A stretch of DNA of 32,000 bases from Crenobacter intestini (GCF_004919095.1 NZ_STGJ01000017.1:13275-45274), one strand, 5' to 3'. Positions 7,737-15,198 are shown, counted from the stretch's first letter. Notes: a model not told the origin generated them from the letters alone. Made by a program: numbers and translations.

Positions 7737-9740
7737 ATGTCCACCCTGCTCAACCCCCCGCAACGCGAAGCCATCCACTACCTGGACGGCCCCCTGCTCG
7801 TGCTCGCCGGCGCAGGCTCGGGCAAGACGCGGGTGATCACCTTCAAGATCGCGCACCTGATCCGCGAGGGCGGCATCAGCGCGCGCAATATCGCGGCGAT
7901 CACCTTCACCAACAAGGCGGCGCGCGAGATGATGGAGCGCGCGGCCAAGCTGCTGTCGTCCGAGGAAATCCGCGGGCTGACCGTGTCGACCTTCCACTCG
8001 CTGGGCATGCAGATCCTCAGGCAGGAGGCGCCGCACCTCGGCTACAAGCCGCAGTTCTCCATCCTCGACGCGTACGACGCGGGCAAGATCATCTCCGACA
8101 TCCTCAAGAGCACCGCCAAGGACGAGGTGCGCAGGGTGCAGAGCCAGATCTCGCTGTGGAAGAACGACTTCAAGACGCCGGACCAGGTGCTGCTGGACGC
8201 CGGCAACGAGTGGGAATCGGTGTGTGCGCGCACCTACCTCTCCTACCAGGCGACGCTAGCCGCCTACCAGGCGGTCGACTTCGACGACCTGATCCGGCTG
8301 CCGGTCGAGCTGTTCGAGCGTTTCCCCGAGGTGCTTGGCAAGTGGCAGAACAAGCTGCGCTACCTGCTGCTCGACGAATACCAGGACACCAACACCTGCC
8401 AGTACCGGCTGGTGAAGCTGCTCACCGGCGTGCGCGGCATGTTCACCGCGGTCGGCGACGACGACCAGAGCATCTACGCGTGGCGCGGCGCCAATATGGA
8501 AAACCTGCGCCTGCTGCAGCAGGACTTCCCCAAACTCAAGATCATCAAGCTCGAACAGAACTACCGCTCGACCGTGCGCATCCTGCGCGCGGCCAACTCG
8601 GTGATCGCCAACAACCCCAAGCTGTTTGAAAAGCAGTTGTGGAGCGAACTGGGCCTGGGCGAGCCCATTCACGTCGTGCAATGCAAAGATGAAGAGCACG
8701 AGGCGGAAACCGTCGTGCAGCGGCTCCTGGCGCACAAGTTCGAGTGCCGCACCGACTTCAAGGACTACGCGATCCTCTACCGCGGCAACTACCAGGCGCG
8801 CATCTTCGAGCAGGCGCTGCGCACCCACAAGGTGCCATACCAGATGGCCGGCGGGCAGAGCTTCTTCGACAAGCCCGAGATCAAGGACGTGCTCTCCTAT
8901 ATGCGGCTGGTCACCAACCCGGACGACGACCCGGCCTTCATCCGTGCGCTGACCACGCCCAAGCGCGGCGTCGGCGCGGTGACGCTGGAGAAGCTCGGCG
9001 CGTGGGCCGGCCAGCGCCAGGTCAGCCTGTTCGCCGCCGCGCACGAGACCGGTTTCCAGAGCCAGGTGCAGGCGGCGCAGCTCGAGCCGCTGACCCAGTT
9101 CTGCGCCTTCATCGACGCGCTGAAGATGCGCGCGCTGCGCGAGGGCGCCGGCACGCTGATCCTCGAGATGCTCGGTGCGATCGGCTACGAGGCGTGGCTG
9201 TACGACAGCGAGGACAGCCCGCGCGCCGCCGAGAACAAGTGGAAGAACGTGCTGGAACTGGCCGCGTGGCTGACCCGCAAGGGCGACGAGGACAACAAGA
9301 ACCTGATCGAGCTCACGCAGACCATCGCGCTGATCACCATGCTCGAGGGGCGCGACGAGGGCGAGGTCGACGCGGTGAAGATGTCGACGCTGCACGCGTC
9401 CAAGGGGCTGGAGTACCCGCACGTGTTCCTGGTCGGCTGCGAGGAAGGCATCCTGCCGCACAGCGAATCGGTCGACAACGGCATGGTCGAGGAGGAGCGC
9501 CGGCTGATGTACGTCGGCATCACCCGCGCGCAGAGGAGCCTGACCCTCAGCTACTGCGTGAAGCGCAAACGCGCCGGCGAGTGGCAGTTCGTCGACCCCT
9601 CGCGCTTCATCAGCGAGATCGGTGAAGGCGACCTGCGCCACTTCGGCCGCCCGGGCGCCGAACCCCTAGTCAGCAAGCAGGAAGGCAAGAGCCGGCTGGC
9701 CAACCTGAGCGCGCTGTTGGACGCCAAGAAGCGCGACTGA
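7737..9740 (+). CDS. rep: ATP-dependent DNA helicase Rep (UvrD/Rep SF1 family)
   Basis: MSTLLNPPQREAIHYLDGPLLVLAGAGSGKTRVITFKIAHLIREGG...ITFTNKAAREM closely parallels the E. coli Rep N-terminus. Motifs DEYQDTN, QNYRS and TLHASKGLEY are present, and the length is ~667 aa. An alternative ATG exists at 7704. Confidence 0.9.
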   Translation: MSTLLNPPQREAIHYLDGPLLVLAGAGSGKTRVITFKIAHLIREGGISARNIAAITFTNKAAREMMERAAKLLSSEEIRGLTVSTFHSLGMQILRQEAPHLGYKPQFSILDAYDAGKIISDILKSTAKDEVRRVQSQISLWKNDFKTPDQVLLDAGNEWESVCARTYLSYQATLAAYQAVDFDDLIRLPVELFERFPEVLGKWQNKLRYLLLDEYQDTNTCQYRLVKLLTGVRGMFTAVGDDDQSIYAWRGANMENLRLLQQDFPKLKIIKLEQNYRSTVRILRAANSVIANNPKLFEKQLWSELGLGEPIHVVQCKDEEHEAETVVQRLLAHKFECRTDFKDYAILYRGNYQARIFEQALRTHKVPYQMAGGQSFFDKPEIKDVLSYMRLVTNPDDDPAFIRALTTPKRGVGAVTLEKLGAWAGQRQVSLFAAAHETGFQSQVQAAQLEPLTQFCAFIDALKMRALREGAGTLILEMLGAIGYEAWLYDSEDSPRAAENKWKNVLELAAWLTRKGDEDNKNLIELTQTIALITMLEGRDEGEVDAVKMSTLHASKGLEYPHVFLVGCEEGILPHSESVDNGMVEEERRLMYVGITRAQRSLTLSYCVKRKRAGEWQFVDPSRFISEIGEGDLRHFGRPGAEPLVSKQEGKSRLANLSALLDAKKRD

Positions 9741-9763
9741 AGCCGTTGCTCTCCCCCAAATAG

Positions 9764-9790
9764 AAAACGCCGCGCGATGCGCGGCGTTTT
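9764..9790. terminator. bidirectional intrinsic terminator between convergent rep and cytochrome c genes
   Basis: aaaacgccgcgc-gat-gcgcggcgtttt is a perfect GC-rich stem flanked by A4 and T4. Confidence 0.65.
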
Positions 9791-9806
9791 CTCTGGCAAA
9801 GCAGCC

Positions 9807-10565
9807 TTACTTGGCGGCGTTCACCATGTACTGCACGGCGGCCTTGAACTCGGCGTCCGGGCCGGCGAAGGTGCCCTTGGGCGGCATCGCGTTCAGGCCC
9901 TTGATGCCGGAGGCGACCAGCGCGTCCTCGCCCTTGGCGATGCGCGGCGCCCATGCGGCCTTGTCGCCGAACTTCGGCGCGCCGGCAACCCCTGCCGCGT
10001 GGCAGGCGACGCAAGCGGCGTCGTAGACCTTCTTGCCGACCACGGCCGGGTCGGCGGCTGCCACGGCTCCGGCCGGCGCGGATGCGCCTGCAGCGGCACC
10101 GGCTGCCGGCTCGGCAAACTTGGCACCACCGTTGTTGGCCATGTACACCACCGCACGCTTCACTTCGTCGTCGGTCAGGTCGGCACCACCGCCGCGCGCC
10201 GGCATCGCGTTGAAGCCGCCGATCGCGTGGGTGAACAGCGTCGCCTCGCCCTTGGCGATGCGCGGCGCCCAGGCCGCGGCGTCGCCGAACTTGGGCGAAC
10301 CGGCCAGGCCGGCCGCGTGGCAGGACGCGCACAGTGCCTTGTAGATGCCCTCGCCGGTACGCGAGCCCGGCGGGTCGCCGGCGACGGAATCGCCGACCGG
10401 CTTCAGGCGGGCGGCAACGGCTTCCTTGGTCATGACTTCTGCATTAACGTCAAAGCCGCTGGTGGCCAGCTTGGCCAACAGGTAAATCGCCACCACGACA
10501 AAGACGATGATGCCTACCAGCACCTTGATGATCTGTGCGGGAGCCATCTTGTTTTCGTTGCTCAT
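9807..10565 (-). CDS. membrane-anchored dihaem cytochrome c (c4/c5-type)
   Basis: From the ATG at 10565 there is an N-terminal TM helix (IIKVLVGIIVFVVVAIYLLAKL) and two haem motifs, CASCHAAG and CVACHAAG. Each motif is followed by PKFGD.AAWAPRIAKGE...NAMP. Confidence 0.87.
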   Translation of the reverse strand: MSNENKMAPAQIIKVLVGIIVFVVVAIYLLAKLATSGFDVNAEVMTKEAVAARLKPVGDSVAGDPPGSRTGEGIYKALCASCHAAGLAGSPKFGDAAAWAPRIAKGEATLFTHAIGGFNAMPARGGGADLTDDEVKRAVVYMANNGGAKFAEPAAGAAAGASAPAGAVAAADPAVVGKKVYDAACVACHAAGVAGAPKFGDKAAWAPRIAKGEDALVASGIKGLNAMPPKGTFAGPDAEFKAAVQYMVNAAK

Positions 10566-10696
10566 ACAGCCTCGCCTGGAGAAATAAAATGACAATTACA
10601 ATCGCCAGCAATTATACGCAAACTGCATCGGCAAGGAAAGAAAACCATGCTGGACTGTAGGCTGAAGCTGGGCTATCATCGCGCCTCGATAGCACA

Positions 10697-10773
10697 GCAT
10701 CCGTAGCTCAGTTGGATAGAGTGTCAGTTTCCGAAGCTGAAGGTCACAGGTTCGATCCCTGTCGGGTGCGCCA
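10697..10773 (+). tRNA. tRNA-Arg (anticodon CCG), intact; integration target
   Basis: GCATCCGTAGCTCAGTTGGATAGAGTGTCAGTTTCCGAAGCTGAAGGTCACAGGTTCGATCCCTGTCGGGTGCGCCA has a 7-bp acceptor stem, anticodon loop TTCCGAA and an encoded CCA. Confidence 0.93.
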
Positions 10774-10782
10774 GATAAATCA
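10727..10782 (+). repeat. attL: 56-bp direct repeat (tRNA-Arg 3' 47 nt + 9 nt downstream)
   Basis: gtttccgaagctgaaggtcacaggttcgatccctgtcgggtgcgccagataaatca is identical to 17644-17699. Confidence 0.88.
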
Positions 10783-10837
10783 GGGGGTTACGTCATTGCG
10801 GCGTAACCCCCTGTCCGTTTCCAGCCCTCAAAGCGTC

Positions 10838-10876
10838 AAACTGGGGGCAAACTGGGGTGCAGTTGGCGCAGGCTAC
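10838..10876 (+). repeat. 39-bp arm repeat copy 1 (two AAACTGGGG half-sites, 11-bp register); candidate integrase arm-type site
   Basis: aaactgggggcaaactggggtgcagttggcgcaggctac is 36/39 identical to 17492-17530 in the same orientation. It starts 55 nt inside attL. Confidence 0.5.
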
Positions 10877-10902
10877 AAAAAAAACCCGCCACTCGGGCGG
10901 GT
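10877..10902 (-). terminator. intrinsic terminator closing the island's minus-strand transcription
   Basis: The minus strand reads acccgcc-cgagt-ggcgggt followed by T8. Confidence 0.7.
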
Positions 10903-10916
10903 CTGTCAGCAGCGGG

Positions 10917-11273
10917 TCAGCGGTCAGTTGGAGGTCGCCAACATAGCATTACTGGCTGTACGGTTTTGGCTACAAGTACACCCTCACCGCCTTGAGGATC
11001 GGTAAAAAGCCGCCAAGTTACCAGCGCGAGTCGGCTTGGGTCTGCACCGGCTCGACTGGCGCCCGACGCGATCCACTCGCCCAGGCTCGAACAGTCTGCG
11101 GCTGCACTCGGCTCAGCTTGGCTGCTTGCTGGTTCGTCAGCAGTGCTATCCGACTCGATGGCTGGAGGCACTGGTTTGTAGCCGCTACTCAAAAGCAGGA
11201 CGGATGCCAGCAACAGAGGCCTCTGCAAACAGCAGCGAAAAGCCAATCTGATCCCAATGGATACGATAGCCAC
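10917..11273 (-). CDS. hypothetical small protein with hydrophobic N-terminus (doubtful)
   Basis: This is the only ORF filling the 270 nt between the DUF2442-like gene and the terminator. It has an N-terminal LLLASVLLLSS segment, overlaps the upstream ORF by 89 nt, is low-complexity, and has no recognisable family. Confidence 0.25.
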   Translation of the reverse strand: MAIVSIGIRLAFRCCLQRPLLLASVLLLSSGYKPVPPAIESDSTADEPASSQAEPSAAADCSSLGEWIASGASRAGADPSRLALVTWRLFTDPQGGEGVLVAKTVQPVMLCWRPPTDR

Positions 11274-11415
11274 TCACTCGGTAATCATCGAACTGCTCAG
11301 CAGAGGCCTCAACCAGAGCAGGCAAGAGCGCCGACGGGTAGTGGAGCGCCGCTGCGTTTCCAGTGATGATTTTCACGAACCCATCTTCACGAACAACCGA
11401 AACATTCTGAGCCAT
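11185..11415 (-). CDS. DUF2442-like small protein
   Basis: The ATG at 11415 is preceded by GGAG. The segment YPSALLPALVEASAEQFDDYRVSGYRIHWDQI follows the DUF2442 pattern (FPRL..At.eQ..nYel...GIHW..lD). Identification is from memory of the family pattern only. Confidence 0.5.
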   Translation of the reverse strand: MAQNVSVVREDGFVKIITGNAAALHYPSALLPALVEASAEQFDDYRVSGYRIHWDQIGFSLLFAEASVAGIRPAFE

Positions 11416-11454
11416 TGCCATCTCCATTCGCCATTTGTTTGTCCTTCACTAATG

Positions 11455-11482
11455 GATTTAGCATATCCAAATGCACTTTCAA
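11455..11482 (-). promoter_or_regulatory. candidate sigma70 promoter of the cargo cassette (TTGAAA-N16-TGcTAAATC)
   Basis: On the minus strand, ttgaaa (11482-11477) is followed by a 16-nt spacer ending in tgc, then taaatc (11460-11455). The site lies in a 40% GC tract ~40 nt upstream of the ORF. Confidence 0.3.
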
Positions 11483-11568
11483 CCCATGCGAGTTACCCTC
11501 GATTTGAGTGCCGCACTTTTTGTTTTGACCGCCCCAACCTCTAGAAAACCCTAGCTCGATAGACGCTC

Positions 11569-11588
11569 AAAAACCCGCCGAAGCGGGT
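11569..11588 (-). terminator. intrinsic terminator after the island core operon
   Basis: The minus strand reads acccgc-ttcg-gcgggt followed by TTTTT (UUCG tetraloop), 17 nt after the stop at 11605. Confidence 0.62.
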
Positions 11589-11604
11589 CTAGTTGGGTTA
11601 GCAG

Positions 11605-11826
11605 TCAGTCCTCGCGCAACCGGCGTGCCATGTGCCGAAGCAACGCTCGAAGCTCGGCTCGCTCGGCCTTGGCGGCCTTGGAGTACAACCCGTGCTTGGT
11701 CGAATTGCGGGCACTAGCGGCCTTTCCCTCTGCCGTCCTTGCGCCCGTGGATTTCGCCCAAGGTTGCCATTGCCGGATCAGCTCGGCCTGTTTTGCCCGT
11801 CGCTCGGGTGTCCAGCCATTGCTCAT
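11605..11826 (-). CDS. small basic hypothetical protein (73 aa)
   Basis: The ATG at 11826 has a perfect GGAGG 8 nt upstream. The protein is MSNGWTPERRAKQAELIRQWQPWAKSTGARTAEGKAASARNSTKHGLYS... Its first 113 nt overlap the preceding ORF out of frame. Confidence 0.5.
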   Translation of the reverse strand: MSNGWTPERRAKQAELIRQWQPWAKSTGARTAEGKAASARNSTKHGLYSKAAKAERAELRALLRHMARRLRED

Positions 11827-12352
11827 GTTCTCGATCCTCCAAAAGTTCGTTTGACTGCTTGCCGGATTTTCCCGTGCGCGCGGGCGGCAGGCCGTTGTTG
11901 ACCTGCTGCGGGCCACTGGTGATGTTGGCTTGGCGGGCGAACACCTTGGGCGCCGGCTGCTTGATCTCGGCCAGCGCCTCGACCGTCGAGCGGCATTGCG
12001 CCTGCGCCTTCAACGCCAGCTTCAGATCCACCTCGCGCCCCTTCTGGTGCGACGCCCCCAATGCGCGGCGGGTTAGGTCGCCGAACAGCTGGTCGAGCAC
12101 GACGGCCTGCGCGGTCAGCATCTTCTCCAGCGGCGTCAAATCCCCGGCAGACACCTGCGCGCCTAGCTCCTCGACGGCTTGCAGGCAGGCCGTCAGGTCT
12201 ACCCTCCCCTCGCCAAACAGACGGCCAGCCAGAATGTTTGTGCTTGCGGCTGCGCCGACCTGTCCCCCTGCTGCGGATCGGGCAAGCGCGTCCTCGTCGC
12301 GTTCGTCGTCAGCCTTGGTCAGCCGGAGCGGGGCATCTTTGCTGGTGGTCAT
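11714..12352 (-). CDS. hypothetical protein (212 aa), island core operon
   Basis: The ORF has an ATGA-type 4-nt overlap with the upstream ORF (12349/12352). It has an acidic N-terminus and the segment ALKAQAQCRSTVEALAEIKQPAPKVFARQANITSGPQQVNNG. No family was recognised with confidence. Confidence 0.6.
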   Translation of the reverse strand: MTTSKDAPLRLTKADDERDEDALARSAAGGQVGAAASTNILAGRLFGEGRVDLTACLQAVEELGAQVSAGDLTPLEKMLTAQAVVLDQLFGDLTRRALGASHQKGREVDLKLALKAQAQCRSTVEALAEIKQPAPKVFARQANITSGPQQVNNGLPPARTGKSGKQSNELLEDREHEQWLDTRATGKTGRADPAMATLGEIHGRKDGRGKGR

Positions 12353-12795
12353 TGTTCCCCCCTTTTCGATGCCAGGATCACGGCCTCGGCTTCGGCCAGC
12401 GCCACGCGCAACGCCTCTGCGTCCGGCGCGGATTCGGCCACGATGGCGAAGCGCTCGCGGATGCGTTCCAGCAGGTCATCCATATCCAGCCGGGACTTGT
12501 AGCGCTCCATCAAGTCACGCACGGCGCCGACCAGATCATCGTCAATGATGACCCCGCCGCTATTGCCCCCGTTCGTGCCATCCAGCTTGTAGCGAAGGCT
12601 CACGCGCCTCGGCGGTGCCGGCGTCGGATCGTTGGCGGCAACCAGTGCGCGGATGATCTCGGGCTTGTACGCCTTCACAGACGCCATTGTCGGCGCCGGG
12701 ACAGCGGACGCTGGCCGGATGACCAGCACCCCGCCCTCGACCTTGATCGTCGCCCCGGCGTCGGCCACCTGCTTGATGATCTCGGCGGCGCTCAT
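12349..12795 (-). CDS. hypothetical protein (148 aa), island core operon
   Basis: The start overlaps the primase-helicase stop by 4 nt (12792/12795), and codon usage matches neighbouring genes. No motif was recognised. Confidence 0.6.
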   Translation of the reverse strand: MSAAEIIKQVADAGATIKVEGGVLVIRPASAVPAPTMASVKAYKPEIIRALVAANDPTPAPPRRVSLRYKLDGTNGGNSGGVIIDDDLVGAVRDLMERYKSRLDMDDLLERIRERFAIVAESAPDAEALRVALAEAEAVILASKRGEQ

Positions 12796-14651
12796 ATGCG
12801 AGCCTCGTCGCTGTTCGCGTCGTAGCCGGCCAGCCAGTCAGGGTCGGGCACGGCCTCCTCGTCCAAGTCGTCGTCCGCGTCGAAGTCGGTGTCGACGCCC
12901 CGAAGATGCTCAATTTTCCCGAAGGTGCTCATCTTTTTTTGTTGAGCATCTTCCCGTTTTCTTGAGCATCTTCCACTTTCGGCCTCTTTTTCGACGTAGG
13001 TGTCGGGCAGTCGCCAGTGCCACTGGCCATTGGCCAAGCCCTTCCCTTTCTCGGCTACCACGCCCAATGCGGTCTGCGCCCTGCGGATGGTCGCCCACGA
13101 ATAACCAGCGCCGTCAGCATCGGCCTTCACGGACTTTGAGGACACCGGCCCATCCTCCAGCAGCGAGCGCAAGAAGCGCTTGGCGTCGGCCAGCGTGCCG
13201 CCTTCACCATCGCCGGCAGGCTCTGGCGTCCCAAGTAGTTCGCGCGCCTCGCCTTCCAGCGCCTCGCCCCACATAACCCGCGATGCAAATACGCCGGGGT
13301 GATCGGCAAGCTCGACCTGTTCGAACTCGTAGGCGAAGCCGCCATGATCCTGTCCAATGTTGGACTTGGCACGTGCCAGCACCTGAGAGCGGTTGCCGTC
13401 GTCGTCCTCACGCTTCGCGGTCGCCAGCACCACACGCGCCAGCGCCGTGAAAGCGATCGACCCCGTAACGCGCTCGGCAGGGTCTTTGCCGCCCGTGCCT
13501 TTGCTGAAGTGCGTGATACCCACCAGCGCGCAGCCGATGGTGCCGGCCATCTCGACCAGCGGTTGCAGCGCACGGCGCACCTCGGTGTTCTTATGGGAGT
13601 CGCCACTCACGGCGGACACAACGGGATCAACAACCATCAGGCGGACGTCGCCGGCCTGCCTGACGGTTCGCTGCAACAGATCAAGGTCAGCGGCAGGGTC
13701 GAACGGTCGCACCTCATCAGGCGTCGAGCGGGTGCCCGTAACAAAGAACACTCTCGACAGGTCAGCGCCAGCCGCCATCAGACGCGGCACCAGCGTATCC
13801 TGCGGATCGTCCTCACCCGACCAGATCAACACGCTGCTACGCGCACAGCGGCTTCCATCCGGCCACCGTCCGCCCCGCGTCACCGTTGCGGCCATCGCCA
13901 TTGCGATAGTCGTCTTACCTGTCCCCGGCGCACCGGCCAAGATGTGCAGCTTCCCGCAAGCAAGCCAGCCATCCCACAACCAGCGGATCGGCTCAATCTT
14001 GATCTGGTCGGCGCGCACCAGTTCGACGCGAGCAGCTTCCGGCACCAGCGCCTCGGCCTCGACCATCGGCAGGTCATCCAGCGCCTCGATGCCGTACAGC
14101 GGCAGCCAGTCGGCCACGTCGCCACTCTCGGCAAGCTCCAGCTTATTGACGTCGACCACGCGCACCTCGGCGCCGATACGCGCCAGCTCCGGCAACAGGT
14201 CGGCCAGCCACTTTGCCCCGGGCTGGTCGTTGTCCGGCCAGACGATCACGCGCCGGCCTGACAGTGGCGTCCAGTCGGCGCCGGGTACGCTGGTCGCCCC
14301 GCCTGAAGTCGCCGCCAGCTTACCGGCGTCGGTCAGCACGGTGGCGCACTTCTCGCCCTCGACCAGCCACACCTCGTCGTCCTGGTGCGCGGCCAGCAGC
14401 GGCAGGTTCAGCAGTGGCTTCTTGCCCTCGAAGGTCGGCTCGCCTTGCTTCCAGCGGTCGCCGGCCAGATGGAACGGGCGGATGGTCTTGTCGGTCGCGG
14501 TGTCGATCCTGACGCGGGCGAACAGCAGGTCGCCGGCTGCGTCGAAGTAAGGCGACACCTGCCACTTGTTGTCAGGGTTGCGGGCACGCTTTACGGCAGC
14601 CAGCAGCGCCTGCTTGTGCTCGACGGGAAATCGCATGGTCAGCGAGGTCAT
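12792..14651 (-). CDS. Toprim + RecA-like AAA_25 (RepA/DnaB-like) replication primase-helicase
   Basis: From the ATG at 14651 there is a Toprim signature (VWLVEGEKCA...VIVWPDNDQPG), a Walker A (LAGAPGTGKTT), a Walker B-like LMVVDPV, and a C-terminal wHTH-like YSWATIRRAQTALGV. The start overlaps the zinc-finger ORF stop. Confidence 0.85.
   Translation of the reverse strand: MTSLTMRFPVEHKQALLAAVKRARNPDNKWQVSPYFDAAGDLLFARVRIDTATDKTIRPFHLAGDRWKQGEPTFEGKKPLLNLPLLAAHQDDEVWLVEGEKCATVLTDAGKLAATSGGATSVPGADWTPLSGRRVIVWPDNDQPGAKWLADLLPELARIGAEVRVVDVNKLELAESGDVADWLPLYGIEALDDLPMVEAEALVPEAARVELVRADQIKIEPIRWLWDGWLACGKLHILAGAPGTGKTTIAMAMAATVTRGGRWPDGSRCARSSVLIWSGEDDPQDTLVPRLMAAGADLSRVFFVTGTRSTPDEVRPFDPAADLDLLQRTVRQAGDVRLMVVDPVVSAVSGDSHKNTEVRRALQPLVEMAGTIGCALVGITHFSKGTGGKDPAERVTGSIAFTALARVVLATAKREDDDGNRSQVLARAKSNIGQDHGGFAYEFEQVELADHPGVFASRVMWGEALEGEARELLGTPEPAGDGEGGTLADAKRFLRSLLEDGPVSSKSVKADADGAGYSWATIRRAQTALGVVAEKGKGLANGQWHWRLPDTYVEKEAESGRCSRKREDAQQKKMSTFGKIEHLRGVDTDFDADDDLDEEAVPDPDWLAGYDANSDEARI
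12902..12974. repeat. four phased copies of TTGAGCATCTTC (2 inverted + 2 direct, ~20-bp spacing) around a T-rich centre; ori/operator-like
   Basis: gaagatgctcaa (12902-12913) and gaaggtgctcat (12921-12932) are followed by ctttttttg, then ttgagcatcttcc (12942-12954) and ttgagcatcttcc (12962-12974). The array lies inside the 3' end of the primase-helicase ORF in a local GC trough. Confidence 0.45.
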
Positions 14652-15070
14652 CGGCCAGCCCTCCACGCACCAAGCGCCTGTGCAGCGGTCTTGAAGTCCT
14701 GTCCGGTCAAGCGCTGATGAAAGTCGAGCACGTCGCGGCAATGAACCCCACACCCGAAGCAATGGAACCCACCGTCCGCACGGTAGGCAATGGCGCTCGG
14801 CGTAGCGTCATCGTGGAACGGGCAGCGCACCAGCCAACCCTTGCTCGTAACCCTCATACCGTCGCCAAAGTGCTGACGATAAAAGTCGCCAGCCTCGGGC
14901 AGCAGATCGCGGCAGAATGCGCCGGTCGCGCTATAATTGGCAGGCATTTCCCTTGTGCGTGCGCCGTTCCGGTCCCTCTCCCCGGCGGCGCTTTTCTTTT
15001 TGCCGATCCCAAGCGCGACTCGGTATTTCAGAGTCGCCCTTACGGCGTCGAAAAAGTCGGTCAAATCCAT
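14648..15070 (-). CDS. CHC2 (DnaG-type) zinc-finger protein, primase N-terminal module
   Basis: The ATG at 15070 has GGAGGGG upstream. CPFHDDATPS...FHCFGCGVHCRDVLDF matches the DnaG zinc-finger pattern CPFH..ktPSf....f.CFGCG..Gd.i.F. Confidence 0.78.
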   Translation of the reverse strand: MDLTDFFDAVRATLKYRVALGIGKKKSAAGERDRNGARTREMPANYSATGAFCRDLLPEAGDFYRQHFGDGMRVTSKGWLVRCPFHDDATPSAIAYRADGGFHCFGCGVHCRDVLDFHQRLTGQDFKTAAQALGAWRAGR

Positions 15071-15198
15071 CCCCTCCAAATGATCAGCACGGCCAGCACA
15101 AGGCCGGCGCCCAGGTGGCTGGCAACGACAGCGCCAGCCAGCAGATCCAGCACAGCGCGCAGACACGCCAACCCCTGCGAAGCGAATCGCATACACAT
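15061..15198 (-). CDS. possible 45-aa hydrophobic peptide (below ORF-track cutoff)
   Basis: The ATG at 15198 has GAGGA 8 nt upstream and lies 11 nt after the alpA stop. The peptide is MCMRFASQGLACLRAVLDLLAGAVVASHLGAGLVLAVLIIWRGWI, and its stop overlaps the CHC2 start. It fills an otherwise empty 139-nt operon gap. Confidence 0.3.
   Translation of the reverse strand: MCMRFASQGLACLRAVLDLLAGAVVASHLGAGLVLAVLIIWRGWI

Noticed and set aside
8256-9641. 461-aa minus-strand ORF inside rep
   Set aside because: It is antisense to a helicase with all SF1 motifs and its composition is typical of GC-rich shadow frames.
9850-10330. Internal ~250-bp nucleotide-level repeat in the cytochrome c gene
   Set aside because: It is explained by two tandem haem-binding domains (CxxCH…PKFGD.AAWAPRIAKGE), an ordinary domain duplication.
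10712-11005. 97-aa ORF starting inside tRNA-Arg (and its twin 17593-17838)
   Set aside because: The shared N-terminal peptide (SEAEGHRFDPCRVRQINQG) is just a translation of the repeated tRNA 3' half, not a gene.
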